64,000 bases of DNA from Haliotis rufescens (Eukaryota), in contig NW_025963802.1 in the NCBI RefSeq assembly GCF_023055435.1, forward strand, positions 27,652,001-27,716,000. The letters are read 5' to 3'. The translations under genes were made by a program, and so were the position numbers. Numbering within the stretch: position 1 is the first letter of the stretch; each line of letters begins with the position of its first letter. A model generated the notes under the pieces. It did not search any database. It was not told the origin of the DNA and saw nothing but the letters and a program-made list of their open reading frames with translations. Positions 26,855-39,930 of this stretch are shown one piece after another.

Positions 26855-27827
26855 ATTATCCAATATGCGTTTAGCGCAGTGTGTATGTAAGTTGTTGTAT
26901 ATTACCCAAAAACGTGTTCAGCAATGTGTGTGAGGAAGTTGTAAATTATTCAGTAAGCGTTCAGCGCTGTGTGTGAGAAAGAATTTTGAATATTGTCCAA
27001 TAAGCGTTTTGCGCTGGGTATATGGAAGATGTTGTATATTATTCAATACGCGTTCAGCGCTGTGTGAAAGAAAGCTGCTGGGGCGTCTCTGCAATAACTC
27101 ATGTGTCTCAATTTGTAAAACTGTTTTCTGTGCATCAACTTTACTCTATTTCTTTCATAACAATAATTTACACAGTTTATGTGGAGTGTTGCTTTCAACA
27201 GCCAAGAAATATAACCTACTTCATCATGTATTTCACTACGTTCGAACAGGGGAATTCCCCGCGAAGACTAAGGGGAGAAAGATTGTGTTAAATGAAATAT
27301 CTACCCACGAGGAAGAAGTATGGAAATATAAACTATCATGTAGAGCTGACCTATCTCGACATTCTAAAATTCACACAACACTTACTCATCATGTGTTATA
27401 CAGCATTGTAATGTTATATCCACATTGAGAGAAAAAATACAGTATGTAATAAGGATTGGTTCCAGAAGCAAAATATCGAAAGAATGTACAAAATGTAATA
27501 CTTTTGCTCATGATTTTTATCACCATGTCATCTTAAACTGTGAATGTCTACTTTCAGAGAGAGATTTATTCTTTTCAACTCTAATAGATAATCTTGATGT
27601 TGAAATGTATGTTAAAATAGATATGATGGAAGACTACGATATTTTAGCACTCTTTCTTGGTGCAGACAACAATGACATTGATGAAAAAACGTGGCATTTC
27701 ACAATTATTGAATTTTAAAAGTATTTATATCAAATTAAACATATTCTAAAAAACGTGTGGTAACCTTACCAATATTGCTCACAGTTTATAGCCTGTAAAT
27801 ATGCGGGACATTGATATGTATATATAT

Positions 27828-27902
<75 letters not shown>

Positions 27903-30370
27903 TGATTATTGTGCTATTTGATTATTTAATTACATAATCTTGATGTTTTGAGAATCTTCAGATTTATCTAGAGGAAATAAAGACATTCATTCATTCATTC
28001 ATTCATTCATTCATTCATTCATTATCCAATAAGCGTTCAGCGCTATGTGCGAGGAAGTTGTATAAGCGTTCAGCGCTATGTGTATGGAAGATGTTGTACA
28101 TTATCTAATAAGCGTTCAGCGCTGTGTGTATGGAAGATGTTGTACATTATCCAAGAAGCGTTCAGCGCTGTGTGCGAGGAAGTTATATAAGCGTTCAGCG
28201 CTGTGTGTATGGAAGATGTTGTACATTATCCAATAAGCGTTCAGCGCTGTGTGTATGGAAGATGTTGTACATTATCAAATAAGCGTTCAGCGCTGTGTGT
28301 ATGGAAGATGTTGTACATTATCCAATAAGCGTTCAGCGCTGTGTGTATGGAAGATGTTGTACATTATGCAATAAACGTTCAGCGATGTGTGTATGGAAGA
28401 TGTTGTACATTATCCAATAAGCGTTCAGCGCTGTGTGTATGGAAGATGTTGTACATTATGCAATAAACGTTCAGCGCTGTGTGTATGGAAGATGTTGTAC
28501 ATTATCCAATAAGCGTTCAGCGCTGTGTGTATGGAAGATGTTGTACATTATGCAATAAACGTTCAGCGCTATGAGTATGGAAGTTGTTGTACATTATGCA
28601 ATAAACGTTCAGCGCTGTGTGTATGGAAGATGTTGTACATTATGCAAAAAAACGTTCAGCGCTGTGTGTATGGAAGATGTTGTACATTATCTAATAAGCG
28701 TTCAGCGCTGTGTGTATGGAAGATGTTGTACATTATGCAAAAAAACGTTCAGCGCTGTGTGTATGGAAGATGTTGTTCATTATCTAATAAGCGTTCAGCG
28801 CTGTGTGTTTGGAAGATGTTGTACATTATCAAATAAGCGTTCAGCGCTATGTGCGAGGAAGTTGTATAAGCGTTCAGCGCTGTGTGTATGGAAGATGTTG
28901 TACATTATCCAATAAGCATTCAGCGCTGTGTGTATGGAAGATGTTGTACATTATCAAAAAGCGTTCAGCGCTGTGTGCGAGGAAGTTGTATAAGCGTTCA
29001 GCGTTGTCTGTATGGAAGATGTTGTACATTATCCAATAAGCGTTCAGCGCTGTGTGTATGGAAGATGTTGTACATTATCCAATAAGCGTTCAGCGCTGTG
29101 TTTATGGAAGATGTTGTAGATAATCTAATTAGCGTTTAGCGCTGTGTGTATGGAAGATATTGTAAATAATCTAATTAGCGTTCAGCGCTGTGTGTATGGA
29201 AGATGTTGTACATTATCCAATAAGCGTTCAGCGCTGTGTTTATGGAAGATGTTGTAGATAATCTAATTAACGTTCAGCGCTGTGTGTATGGAAGATGTTG
29301 TAGATAATCTAATAAGCGTTCAGCGCTGTGTGCGAGGAAGTTGTATAAGCGTTCAGCGCTATGTGTATGGAAGATGTTGTACATTATCCAATAAGCGTTC
29401 AGCGCTGTGTGTATGGAAGATGTTGTAGATAATCTAATAAGCGTTCAGCGCTGTGTGCGAGGAAGTTGTATAAGCGTTCAGGGTTGTGTGTATGGAAGAT
29501 GTTGTACATTATCCAATAAGCGTTCAGCGCTGTGTGTATGGAAGATGTTGTACATTATCCAATAAGCGTTCAGGGTTGTGTGTATGGAAGATGTTGTACA
29601 TTATCCAATAAGTGTTTAGCGCTGTGTGTATGGAAGATGTTGTACATTATCCAATAAGCGTTCAGCGCTATGTGCGAGGAAGTTGTATAAGCGTTCAGCG
29701 CTATGTGTATGGAAGATGTTGTACATTATCCAATAAGCGTTCAGCGCTGTGTGTATGGAAGATGTTGTAGATAATCTAATAAGCGTTCAGCGCTGTGTGC
29801 GAGGAAGTTGTATAAGCGTTCAGCGCTGTGTGTATGGAAGATGTTGTACATTATCAAATAAGCGTTTAGCGCTGTGTCCGAGGAAGTTGTATAAGCGTTC
29901 AGCGTTGTGTGTATGGAAGATGTTGTACATTATCCAATAAGCGTTCAGCGCTGTGTGTATGGAAGATGCTGTAGATAATCTAATAAGCGTTCAGCGCTGT
30001 GCGAGGAAGTTGTATAAGCGTTCAGGGTTGTGTGTATGGAAGATGTTGTACATTATCCAATAAGCGTTCAGCGCTGTGTGCGAGGAAGTTATATAAGCGT
30101 TCAGCGCTGTGTGTATGGAAGATGTTGTAGATAATCTAATAAGCGTTCAGCGCTGTGTGCGAGGAAGTTATATAAGCGCTCAGCGCTGTGTGTATGGAAG
30201 ATGTTGTAGATAATCTAATAAGCGTTCAGCGCTGTGTGCGAGGAAGTTGTACAAGCGTTCAGCGCTGTGTGTATAGAAGATGTTGTAGATTATCTAATGA
30301 GCTTTCAGCGCTGCATGTGTATGAGAAAGTTGTTGTAAATCATACAATTAGCGCACAGCGCTGTGTGTGA
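26855..30370. repeat. 46-bp satellite (AATAAGCGTTCAGCGCTGTGTGTATGGAAGATGTTGTACATTATCC) with 33-bp variant; main array 28021-30370, degenerate copies 26855-27070
   Basis: Direct reading. The array is split by the insertion at ~27075-28020. Confidence 0.95.
27075..28022 (+). mobile_element. 3' fragment of a LINE (CR1/L2-group-like) with CCHC knuckle and (ATTC)n tail
   Basis: Frameshifted ORFs 26973..27428 and 27425..27718 contain CTKC...HHVILNC. The 3' end is GAGGAAATAAAGAC followed by (ATTC)n. An internal (TA)n lies at 27820-27898. Confidence 0.65.
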
Positions 30371-31600
30371 CAAACTGATCAGTATAATGTTAAGCCCATA
30401 TCGGCTGTTTTCAGCAGATTTCATTGCTCAAATATGTTTTTTCAATTTTAAAGAAATGTAAATAGTGAATGTTCGTGTCTCATGGGCCCTGCGGCTGGAT
30501 ATTGCAGTGTTTGCCTTTTAAATGATTTATTGTATCGTGCAATCTTTTTCCTTTTAACTGACGCAGTCAAAGCTTAATTTTTAATTTTCCACTCTCCTCT
30601 CTCTTATACTCAACTCCGCGCTGACGTCTAATGGTCTCTTCCTGTTGTAGGGTTTTTGTAAAACTCTCTCTCCCTTAAATGTATCCTCCATGATATAACC
30701 TACTCTCATTAAGTAAATGTTGCTCTTTCTCAGCGTCACGGCTACCGACTTGAGACAATGAGACAAAACAATTATAAAGTAATTAGAGTCCAATAAAAAC
30801 AATGCTCCGCCAAAAATCATAATTATAATCACTGGATGTCGTACTACAGACGTTTAATGTCAAATCACACAAACCTTTCAATGACAATAACATGTTCCAG
30901 GATTATGCGTTCTCTGAACACTATCGCAAAAGAAGCTGATGGTCGTATAAATAAGATGGATCTGATTGATCACAACGGTACTCATATTTTCCAACAAATT
31001 CACATCTAAAAAGGAAACATCAACAAGTCATAAAATCATAAAATGTGTTTTTTACATTTTTCGTCAGGATATCAAAACTTGCCCTCCTTGTTACTACCTC
31101 CAATTTCAGCTCAACATGGGTTCTCCTTTGGTCAAAAGTTTGTTCCCTCTTAAATGATTGCGTCACGCGTTGCACACGAGTGGCGAACGGGTTCCACAAA
31201 AGTGACCAACGCATTCGTCACCACTCGCCCCTTTCCGTAACCTGCTATTCGACTTGTCCCGGTATAACACGAGTTGCTCACGAATGGTGACCAACGGTGT
31301 GCACACGGGTTGCGTCACGTGTTCAGCATGCGTGTGAGGGGAAGGTACTTCTGGGCAGTAGTGTACACAATACAATTCGTGCTAAAACAGTATGCAGTAT
31401 TGTTGTAGCCGCAGTGATTATGGTAGTAAGCGGTTTTTTTTCGTTTTCCACAAACATATACTAATTATGAACAAGTACATATACAATCACTATTGTTCTG
31501 TCTATGTAATCAAATAAATAAACTAAGTGGACAATATGCATAAGATATATATACGACATAAACCCTTACTCATTAGTTCATATACACCTGGTGACGATGC

Positions 31601-31735
31601 ACCCGTGAAGGTCCGGGTTAGAATTGCTTGTCGTAAGAGGCGAGTAACGGGATCTGGTGGTCAGACTCGCTGACTTGGTTGATGCATGTCATCATATCCC
31701 AATTGCGTAGATCGATGTCCATGATGTCACTCAAA
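31601..31735 (+). mobile_element. SINE family B, 5' portion
   Basis: CCCGTGAAGGTCCGGG...GTAAGAGGCGAGTAACGGGATC...GCTGACTTGGTTGATGCATGTCATC. Confidence 0.75.
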
Positions 31736-32027
31736 CAAAATACTCATGCAGCTATTATAACTATGCATGTAATAAGGGTTGCTGCTAATACTGTACGTTT
31801 GAGGTAGGTAAGATTATATCGAAATAATATGACCAAAACTGTGACTGAGAAATCATTATTTTAATTTACATGACTTTTACTGGGCTCGGACATATCAAAC
31901 ATTGAACTAAACTAACGAATATGTTTTACATGGCAAATGTAAAATCTGTCACAGCCACACTATGTCTAAATATGAATCGAAAAAAAAAAGATTTAAAATA
32001 TAGTCATATGATTCGATTACCCACTGG

Positions 32028-34220
32028 CAGTGTAGTAAATTTCCATTCTGTTTTGATGGGTACCCTGGATACACTCGTTACCATGACTTCACCCTCGATT
32101 ACCCAGTGTAGTAAATTTCCATTCTGTTATGATCGGTACCCTGGACACAACCGTCACCATGACTTCACCCTCGATTACCCAGTGTAGTAAATTTCCATTC
32201 TGTTTTGATGGGTACCCTGGACACACTCGTTACCATGGCTTCACCCTCGATTACCCAGTGTAGTAAATTTCCATTCTGTTTTGATGGGCACCCTGGACAC
32301 ACTCGTTACCATGACTTCACCCTCGATTACCCAGTGTAGTAAATTTCCATTCTGTTTTGATGGGTACCCTGGATACACTCGTTACCATGACTTCACCCTC
32401 GATTACCCAGTGTAGTAAATTTCCATTCTGTTTTGATGGGTACCCTGGACACACTCGTTACCATGACTTCACCCTCGATTACCCAGTGTAGTAAATTTCC
32501 ATTCTGTTTTGATGGGTACCCTGGATACACTCGTTACCATGACTTCACCCTCGATTACCCAGTGTAGTAAATTTCCATTCTGTTTTGATTGGTAACCTGA
32601 ACACACTCGTTACCATGACTTCACCCTCGATTACCCAGTGTAGTAAATTTCCATTCTGTTTTGATGGGTACCCTGGATACACTCGTTACCATGACTTCAC
32701 CCTCGATTACCCAGTGTAGTAAATTTCCATTCTGTTTTGATGGGTACCCTGGACACACTCGTTACCATGGCTTCACCCTCGATTACCCAGTGTAGTAAAT
32801 TTCCATTCTGTTATGATGGGTACCCTGGACACACACGTCACCATGACTTCACCCTCGATTACCCAGTGTAGAAGATTTCCATTCTGTTTTGATGGGTACC
32901 CTGGACACACTCGTTACCATGGCTTCACCCTCGATAACCCAGTGTAGTAAATTTCCATTCTGTTTTGATGGGTACCCCTGACACACTCTTTACGATGGCT
33001 TCACCCTCGATTACCCAATGTAGTAAATTTCCATTCTGTTTTGATGGGTACCCTGGATACACTCGTTACCATGACTTCACCCTCGATTACCCAGTGTAGT
33101 AAATTTCCATTCTGTTTTGATTGGTAACCTGAACACACTCGTTACCATGACTTCACCCTCGATTACCCAGTGTAGTAAATTTCCATTCTGTTTTGATGGG
33201 TACCCTGGATACACTCGTTACCATGACTTCACCCTCGATTACCCAGTGTAGTACATTTCCATTCTGTTTTGATGGGTACCCTGGACACACTCGTTACCAT
33301 GGCTTCACCCTCGATTACCCAGTGTAGTAAATTTCCATTCTGTTATGATGGGTACCCTGGACACACACGTCACCATGACTTCACCCTCGATTACCCAGTG
33401 TAGAAGATTTCCATTCTGTTTTGATGGGTACCCTGGACACACTCGTTACCATGGCTTCACCCTCGATAACCCAGTGTAGTAAATTTCCATTCTGTTTTGA
33501 TGGGTACCCTTGACACACTCTTTACGATGGCTTCACCCTCGATTACCCAATGTAGTAAATTTCCATTCTGTTTTGATGGGTACCCTGGACACACTCGTTA
33601 CCATGACTTCACCCTCGATTACCCAGTGTAGTAAATTTCCATTCTGTTATGATGGGTACCCTGGACACACACGTCACCATGACTTCACCCTCGATTACCC
33701 AGTGTAGTAAATTTCCATTCTGTTTTGATTGATAACCTGGATACACTCGTTACCATGACTTCACCCTCGATTACCCAGTGTAGTTAATTTCCATTCTGTT
33801 TTGATGGGTACCCTGGACACACTCGTTACCATGGCTTCACCCTCGATTACCAAGTGTAGTAAATTTCTATTATGTTATGATGGGTACCCTGGACACACTC
33901 GTCACCATGACTTCACCCTCGATTACCCAGTGTAGTAAATTTCTATTATGTTTTGATGGGTAACCTGGACACACTCGTTACCATGACTTCACCCTCGATT
34001 ACCCAGTGTAGTAAATTTCCATTCTGTTTTGATGGGTACCCTGGACACACTCGTTACCATGGCTTCACCCTCGATTACCCAGTGTAGTAAATTTCCATTC
34101 TGTTATGATGGGTACCCTGGACACACTCGTTACCATGACTTCACCCTCGATTACCCAGTGTAGGAAATTTCCATTCTGTTTTGATGGGTACCCTGGACAC
34201 ACTCGACACATGGCTTCATA
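32028..34220. repeat. 76-bp satellite (CGATTACCCAGTGTAGTAAATTTCCATTCTGTTTTGATGGGTACCCTGGACACACTCGTTACCATGACTTCACCCT), ~29 copies
   Basis: Period 76 (CGATT at 32096 and 32172). Confidence 0.97.
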
Positions 34221-34384
34221 TTTTATATCTTAACTGAAGTATGTGCCGTTGTGAGTAACATATGTAGGCTGACATCCTGTTTGTAGTAGAGCATGCATCA
34301 GGGATAGTAGGCTGTCACATTTGTCAATCAGTCCTGATAATCCCCTATTCTGTACAAAACGTAGTAGTAGTTACCCCTAGGTTA

Positions 34385-34910
34385 AGGCCTTTGTGAAGCT
34401 TTTAAAAAGTGTAAAGGTAGACATGTGGAGGACATTCCCAAAGTGTTAAGGTAGACATGTGGAGGACATTCCCAAAGTGTAAAGGTAGACATGTGGAGGA
34501 CATTCCCAAAGTGTTAAGGTAGACATGTGGAGGAATTCCCAGAGTGGAAAGGTAGCATGTGGAGGACATTCCCAAAGTGTAAAGGTAGACATGTGGAGGA
34601 CATTCCCAAAGTGTAAAGGTAGCATGTGGAGGACATTCCGAAAAAGTGTAAAGGTAGACATGTGGAGGACATTCCCAAAGTGTAAAGGTAGACATGTGGA
34701 GGACATTCCCAAAGTGTAAAGGTAGACATGTGGAGGACATATCCAAACTTGACGGATCAGTGACAAAATGATGTCCGAAGGAATCCCGCATTTTAATTTG
34801 TACCCGTTTTTTTTCAAGGGAACAACTGCCTTGCCTTTGCATGGGTTTGTGATGGGTGCCACCGGTTGGGCAGGGTATGCTCACCTTGACACGAACACCT
34901 GGTATTCATG
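34385..34910 (+). mobile_element. Penelope-like element 3' end (copy C) containing an internal 34-bp tandem expansion
   Basis: The flanks match 16375-16590 (AAGC.TT.AAAA..GT...GTAGACATGTGGAGGACATATCCAAA...GGGTGCCACCGG). Confidence 0.8.
34409..34745. repeat. 34-bp minisatellite (GTGTAAAGGTAGACATGTGGAGGACATTCCCAAA), ~10 copies
   Basis: Direct reading. Confidence 0.95.
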
Positions 34911-36147
34911 AACACATGCTTATCATGTAGGAGGAATTGTGCAGCTGGCTCTGCTTTCAGCAGAGACGTCTTCTGAGTCGGAAAGTGTTTTGTTGCTTTT
35001 ACTTAAAGGGCAAGCAGCTCCTGCACATGCAAATGAATATGATGACACAGTATTTGCTGCCATCTGAAGTGGCGTATGAACACTTGATGCATTGAGGAGA
35101 TGTGTATGGGTGTCCACCACCTTTTTCGTAGCAATCGAATAATTTTAACATACAACACAAATAACAATGTTTTGCCTCATTTTCTTCTTACGCACGCACT
35201 TTGTTTATCGGATGAATATTTTGCATTCATTCAATAATGTATTCAATAATGTATGCTGGACTAACGCTATGAAAATAAAAAAGTAATGTATTTTTGGGTA
35301 GTATTGGCCAATGTGTGTGGATGGCGAGACAAGGGTGAGCCGTAGCAGTGAGAGCATATTATTATACATTTACCACTCCGCTGTGAACTAGCAGGCGAGG
35401 TGAGCATAGTGAGCGAATGAATTCCACCTACTGTATTGGCTATCGGGTTTCCGCTGTGTAAGCGGACAACCAGCAGGATAGTGATTGAGAGCTTCTCACT
35501 CCCCAAAACAGGACATACACACTATGACGCCTTAATTCATGAACAATGAATAAACGGTACAATATACCAATATTATCCTACAAACAATGAGATAACGCGA
35601 ACAAGAGAGCACAGGGAGGGCGGGCGGGAAAATAGTTTTACACGACAAGCGAGTCTGACGGTGACGCGAGAAGAGAGGTAAATCACCGTAATGACGCGGA
35701 GATCGACGTAAGCGCCATCTGATGACGTCAAATGATGACGAAACTGGAAAGCTGGTCGAGCCATGGTTGTGTTTATAAACAAACGCACATGGCATGACGA
35801 CGCCAACAATAACACAATTTAGCGGTTGACGCTAAATGCGATTATAATTTAAATGCACACAATCTTTTTCAGGTACACGTTCAAACAGATCATTTGGCGA
35901 CAAAAGCGAAAAAAGAGAGTTTCACTTGACTTGATTATAACTGTTAAAAATTGGAGCAATGCATTGAGGATCTCTAGTACCATTGTAACTTGTCATAGTT
36001 TGATCTATTCCGCAGAAATCGACGACCAGCATGTCTTGAATGAGAAAATGAGTCGCCAACAACACGACAGTGGTTATCCAAGTCTCGTCAGCTCTGCCAG
36101 CTGGGTAGTCTCTCACGTGGATATTCACGGGATACTGATGTTCATAC

Positions 36148-37799
36148 TAAACTGAACTGCAAAAGAATCTTTGCACATTTGAAAATAATGTTATTTTAAA
36201 TTAGTTGTACTGGTTCAAACCCAAATAGACACAAACACATAGCCCAAACGCATCGCTGTTGTACCTGTAATCTTTACCGCAATGCGCACGTGCTTTTGAG
36301 AAAATGCGAAAAATGACGTGATGTCATTGCTGGTACAAATGCATGTGCCACAGGGGTATAAAACTGCACACTAGGACTGTCAAACATCCACATTGTAAAA
36401 CAGAACACATTTGAAATGCCAAGACTAAAATCAGAACAACCTGAGCGAGAACTTGTTATGGTCAAGATGTGGGCCGTGCACACCCACGTCGCAAGATCCT
36501 TTGTCTGTTCCCGTGTTGCCGTTGGAAACTTGTTGCAGCGTTTAAGACAGACTGGAAGGACATCTGACAGGCCCAGGACAGGGAGACCACGAGTCACTAC
36601 GCCACAGTATCTGCGAACGTTGCACCTCCACAACCGCTTCCTCACAGTGACGTCATCGGCAGTGAATGCTTTGGGTCGGCGGGTGAACACACACACAGTG
36701 ACCAGAAGACTTCGGGCAGCAGGTATCAGGGCCTACCGACAGATGTTGACAGTTGAACATCGACAAACACAGACGAATACGATGGGCTAATACAGTACGA
36801 CCATGGCAGCGTCGGGATTGGCAACGCGTGGTCTTTATGGCCGAAAGCAGGTTCTGTTTGTTTAGAGTTGATAGAAGACAGCGTGTTTACCGTCGCAGAG
36901 GTGAACTGACAGCAGCTGGCTGCGTTCAAGAAGACTTTCCTCACGGTGGAGGTGGCGTGATGGTGTGGGGTGGAATTTGTGGTGACCAGACAACGCCACT
37001 CGTCGTCATTAACGGAAACCTCAATACGCAACGCTATCCTAAATTATATCCTCCATCCAGTTGTGCTGCCCTACCTCCATCAACAACCCCGATCGCGAGG
37101 TGTTCTGTACCAACACCACAACGCCAGGCCCCACACAGCTTGTACCGTAGTGGACGTGCTTGCCAACAATGGTCGGCATGTTCTCCTGACATAGAGCAAC
37201 TCTTGGACAGGCGAGTTAGAATACGACCACACCCTCCCGCCAACAGACAAGAGTTGATACAAGCTCTACACGATCAATGGAACCGCTTACCTCGGCACCT
37301 CATCAGACGTTTGACATTTTTCCGTCCGACGCAGTATTTGCATGTATGGAGGCACGGAGTGGCCACATTCGGTACTAAAGTGACAATTTTTTGTGTCTGT
37401 GACCATTTACCGTGTTTGAATGTATTGCAGCGAAAATCTGGACAACTGAATTTTCAACTCCCACTTATTTTGTTTGTGTGATGTACAATATTTAACCACA
37501 AAATGCCAAGTTTGAGTTGTTCAATACTTTGTGGAAATTGTTGGTTAATTAATAATACATTACCTAAAACTTTTGTTATTTTTTAGTTCATTAATAACAG
37601 TTTCTTCAATCTGATGATGTATGTCATCGATCCCAATTACTTGGATCGATGCTCATGACATTAATCACTTGATTGTCTGGTCCAGACTCGATTATTTACA
37701 GACCGCCGTCATATAGCTGGAATATTGCTGAGTGCGGCGTTAAACAAAAAACAAACAAACAACCAATCTGATGCAAAGTTTCTTTTTCCGCTCAGTTTA
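36148..37799 (+). mobile_element. Defective Tc1-family transposon (relative of 7072-8583)
   Basis: Degenerate TIRs TAAACTGAACTGCAAAAGAATCTTTGCA and TGCAAAGTTTCTTTTTCCGCTCAGTTTA. The frameshifted transposase runs from 36416 (MPRLKSEQ...GRPRVTT...VFMAESRF...GGGGVMVWGGI...HHNARPH) to ~37378. Confidence 0.88.
37617..37763 (+). mobile_element. 5'-truncated SINE family B nested in Tc1, 10-bp TSD CAATCTGATG
   Basis: Identical direct repeats at 37607-37616 and 37764-37773, with an (AAAC)n tail. Confidence 0.9.
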
Positions 37800-38052
37800 T
37801 ATGGCATCGATAAGTTATATCATGCGGTTACATAGACAATAAAGTGAATGCATACTGGTCCTAATTCTTCTTATATTGCCTTTGTTTAGTTTAAACCTAA
37901 TTATGTGACTATGTATATTTTGAGTGAAACGCATCGGGTACACGTTATCACTACTCTCAAAATCAGACACAAAACAGGATGTGAAATTATGATCCAGGGA
38001 AGTGTTACTGGGACTTATTCCGCCCCCAAAACATACTTGGTGCATGTAGAAG

Positions 38053-38212
38053 AGTGAGTGAGTATGGTTTTACGCCGCGTTTGGCAATATTCCAGCAATA
38101 TCACGACGGGGGACTCCAGAAATGGGCTTCTCACATTTTACCCATGTGGGAAATCAAACACGTCTTCGGCGTGACGAGCGAACGCTTTACCATTAGGCTA
38201 TCCGACCGCCCC
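38053..38212 (-). mobile_element. tRNA-derived SINE family A
   Basis: Reverse complement reads GGGGCGGTCGGATAGCCTAATGGTAAAGCGTTCGC...GGAATATTGCCAAACGCGGCGTAAAACCATACTCACTCAC. Confidence 0.88.
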
Positions 38213-39014
38213 TGCATACAGGAGAAACTCAACACATTGCCAGCTTGCCTGGTCCCGCGAAACCATGTCACGTTAACCTCCATAGATGTGTCAGCTCTAT
38301 AAAAGTGGCGTCGATCAGAAGGCATGTACTTGAGGATGATTCTGAGGTAAACACAATCATTTCTGAAAAGAACAATGTAATGTAACTGAAGACATAGAAT
38401 AAGGCGGGTTCATAGATTAAGTAGACAATTTCGCTGGTTAATTAAAATACGTGGAAAGGATTATACAAGCATGGTTACAACAGCCTGCTGTCTTGTAAAC
38501 AGGAGTAGCGTTGTACATCGCAGGTAAATAGAGACAGGTACACGTGGAGCTGCCCCACTTCAGGTATCTTAACAAATGGGAGTTGGCGAGAGGGGTTTTA
38601 CGCCGGTTTGAAACATCATCGGTTATATCCGGAGTGTCAGCATATTGTTGTAGGAAAGACCAAATGAGTCCACATCCCTGCTATGAGATACATTCAATCA
38701 TATGGCAGAAATGACTTACACATAACTTGAAGAAACCGAGGGGTGTAAGTCAAACCAATCTCCCTTTTCTATCATCACTTCAGTTTCTGAATGTCATGTC
38801 ATCTTAAAAAAAGTAACGAATACTTGGAAATAACTTCAAATTCCAAAATTGTTAGAGATATTAGCTTCTAGTACTAGTCGTATGTTAAAATATAACGAAT
38901 TGGGAACTCATTGCAACCAGTAGTGAAATATGACAAAAGACGTTATGACCGCCAACGATTTTGAAGGATGATAGGGGTAAGATGGGGAAATTTCAAAGTT
39001 TACGTTTTTGGATC

Positions 39015-39930
39015 AGTAGTGCGTAATACCGCCACGATTTGTCAAACCTTTATTCACTCAACGAGACACACTGCGTGTGAGTCTCCAAGTGGCGATTTGA
39101 GGAAGTGTGTCCCACTCCTCTTGTAGCGCCTGGCCAAGTTCAACCAATTTTGTCGGCGGCCTATGACGTTGACACACATGTCTCCCTTTCATGTCCAATC
39201 GTGTTCAATGGAAAAGGTCTGGCCATGGTATTCTATGGATGTTGTGCTGATGGAAGTCAACATTGACGATGCGTGCACGGTGAGCACGGGCGTTGTCGTC
39301 CTGAAAGACAAAACGTCGACCCACATGCCTTACAAACGTGAGTCAGTATGTTGTTCCGACCCTTCCTTGAACAATGGAAGTGGGGTTTGCTCAGACATAG
39401 GGATGCCACCCCACAACATAGCCGATCCACCGCCAAAACTGTCATGAGGTTTCTGGTTGACATTGGCTTGACATTCAATGTCTCCAGACACGACCACGCC
39501 TATCTAGGACGTGCGAGGTGAATCGGGACTCATCTAAAAACATGTCACTTGACCAGCGACGATTATCCCAGTTAAGACGCTATGTACACTATTGACGTCT
39601 AATGGCAATATGACAACACGTGGCCGTCGAGCATTTAGATGAGCTGCATGTAGACGATTTCAAATCGCCTGATTTGTAATTCGTACTGCAGTAGGCTGAT
39701 GAAAGTATGCAGCAATTCGATGCGCCTTTTGAACTAGACTTCGTTGATCCTGGCTTCGGATTAATCGATTCTGTTACTCTTGTCGTTGACCTGAGATACC
39801 CTGAACGTGGGCGATCGTAAACATTTGGGGTTTGTTGTACCTGTTCCATAGCCTAATAATCACAGACTGTGAAACATTGATCATATTAGTCACTGCACTC
39901 TGACTTCTGTCAGTTTCTATCATGCCAATA
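39015..39930 (-). mobile_element. Highly decayed Tc1-family transposase relic
   Basis: Minus-strand fragments IGMIET...VSQSVIIRLW, YDRPRSG, FLDESRF-like, GGGSAMLWGGI, FQDDNARAH and a terminal GGITHY. Confidence 0.75.
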
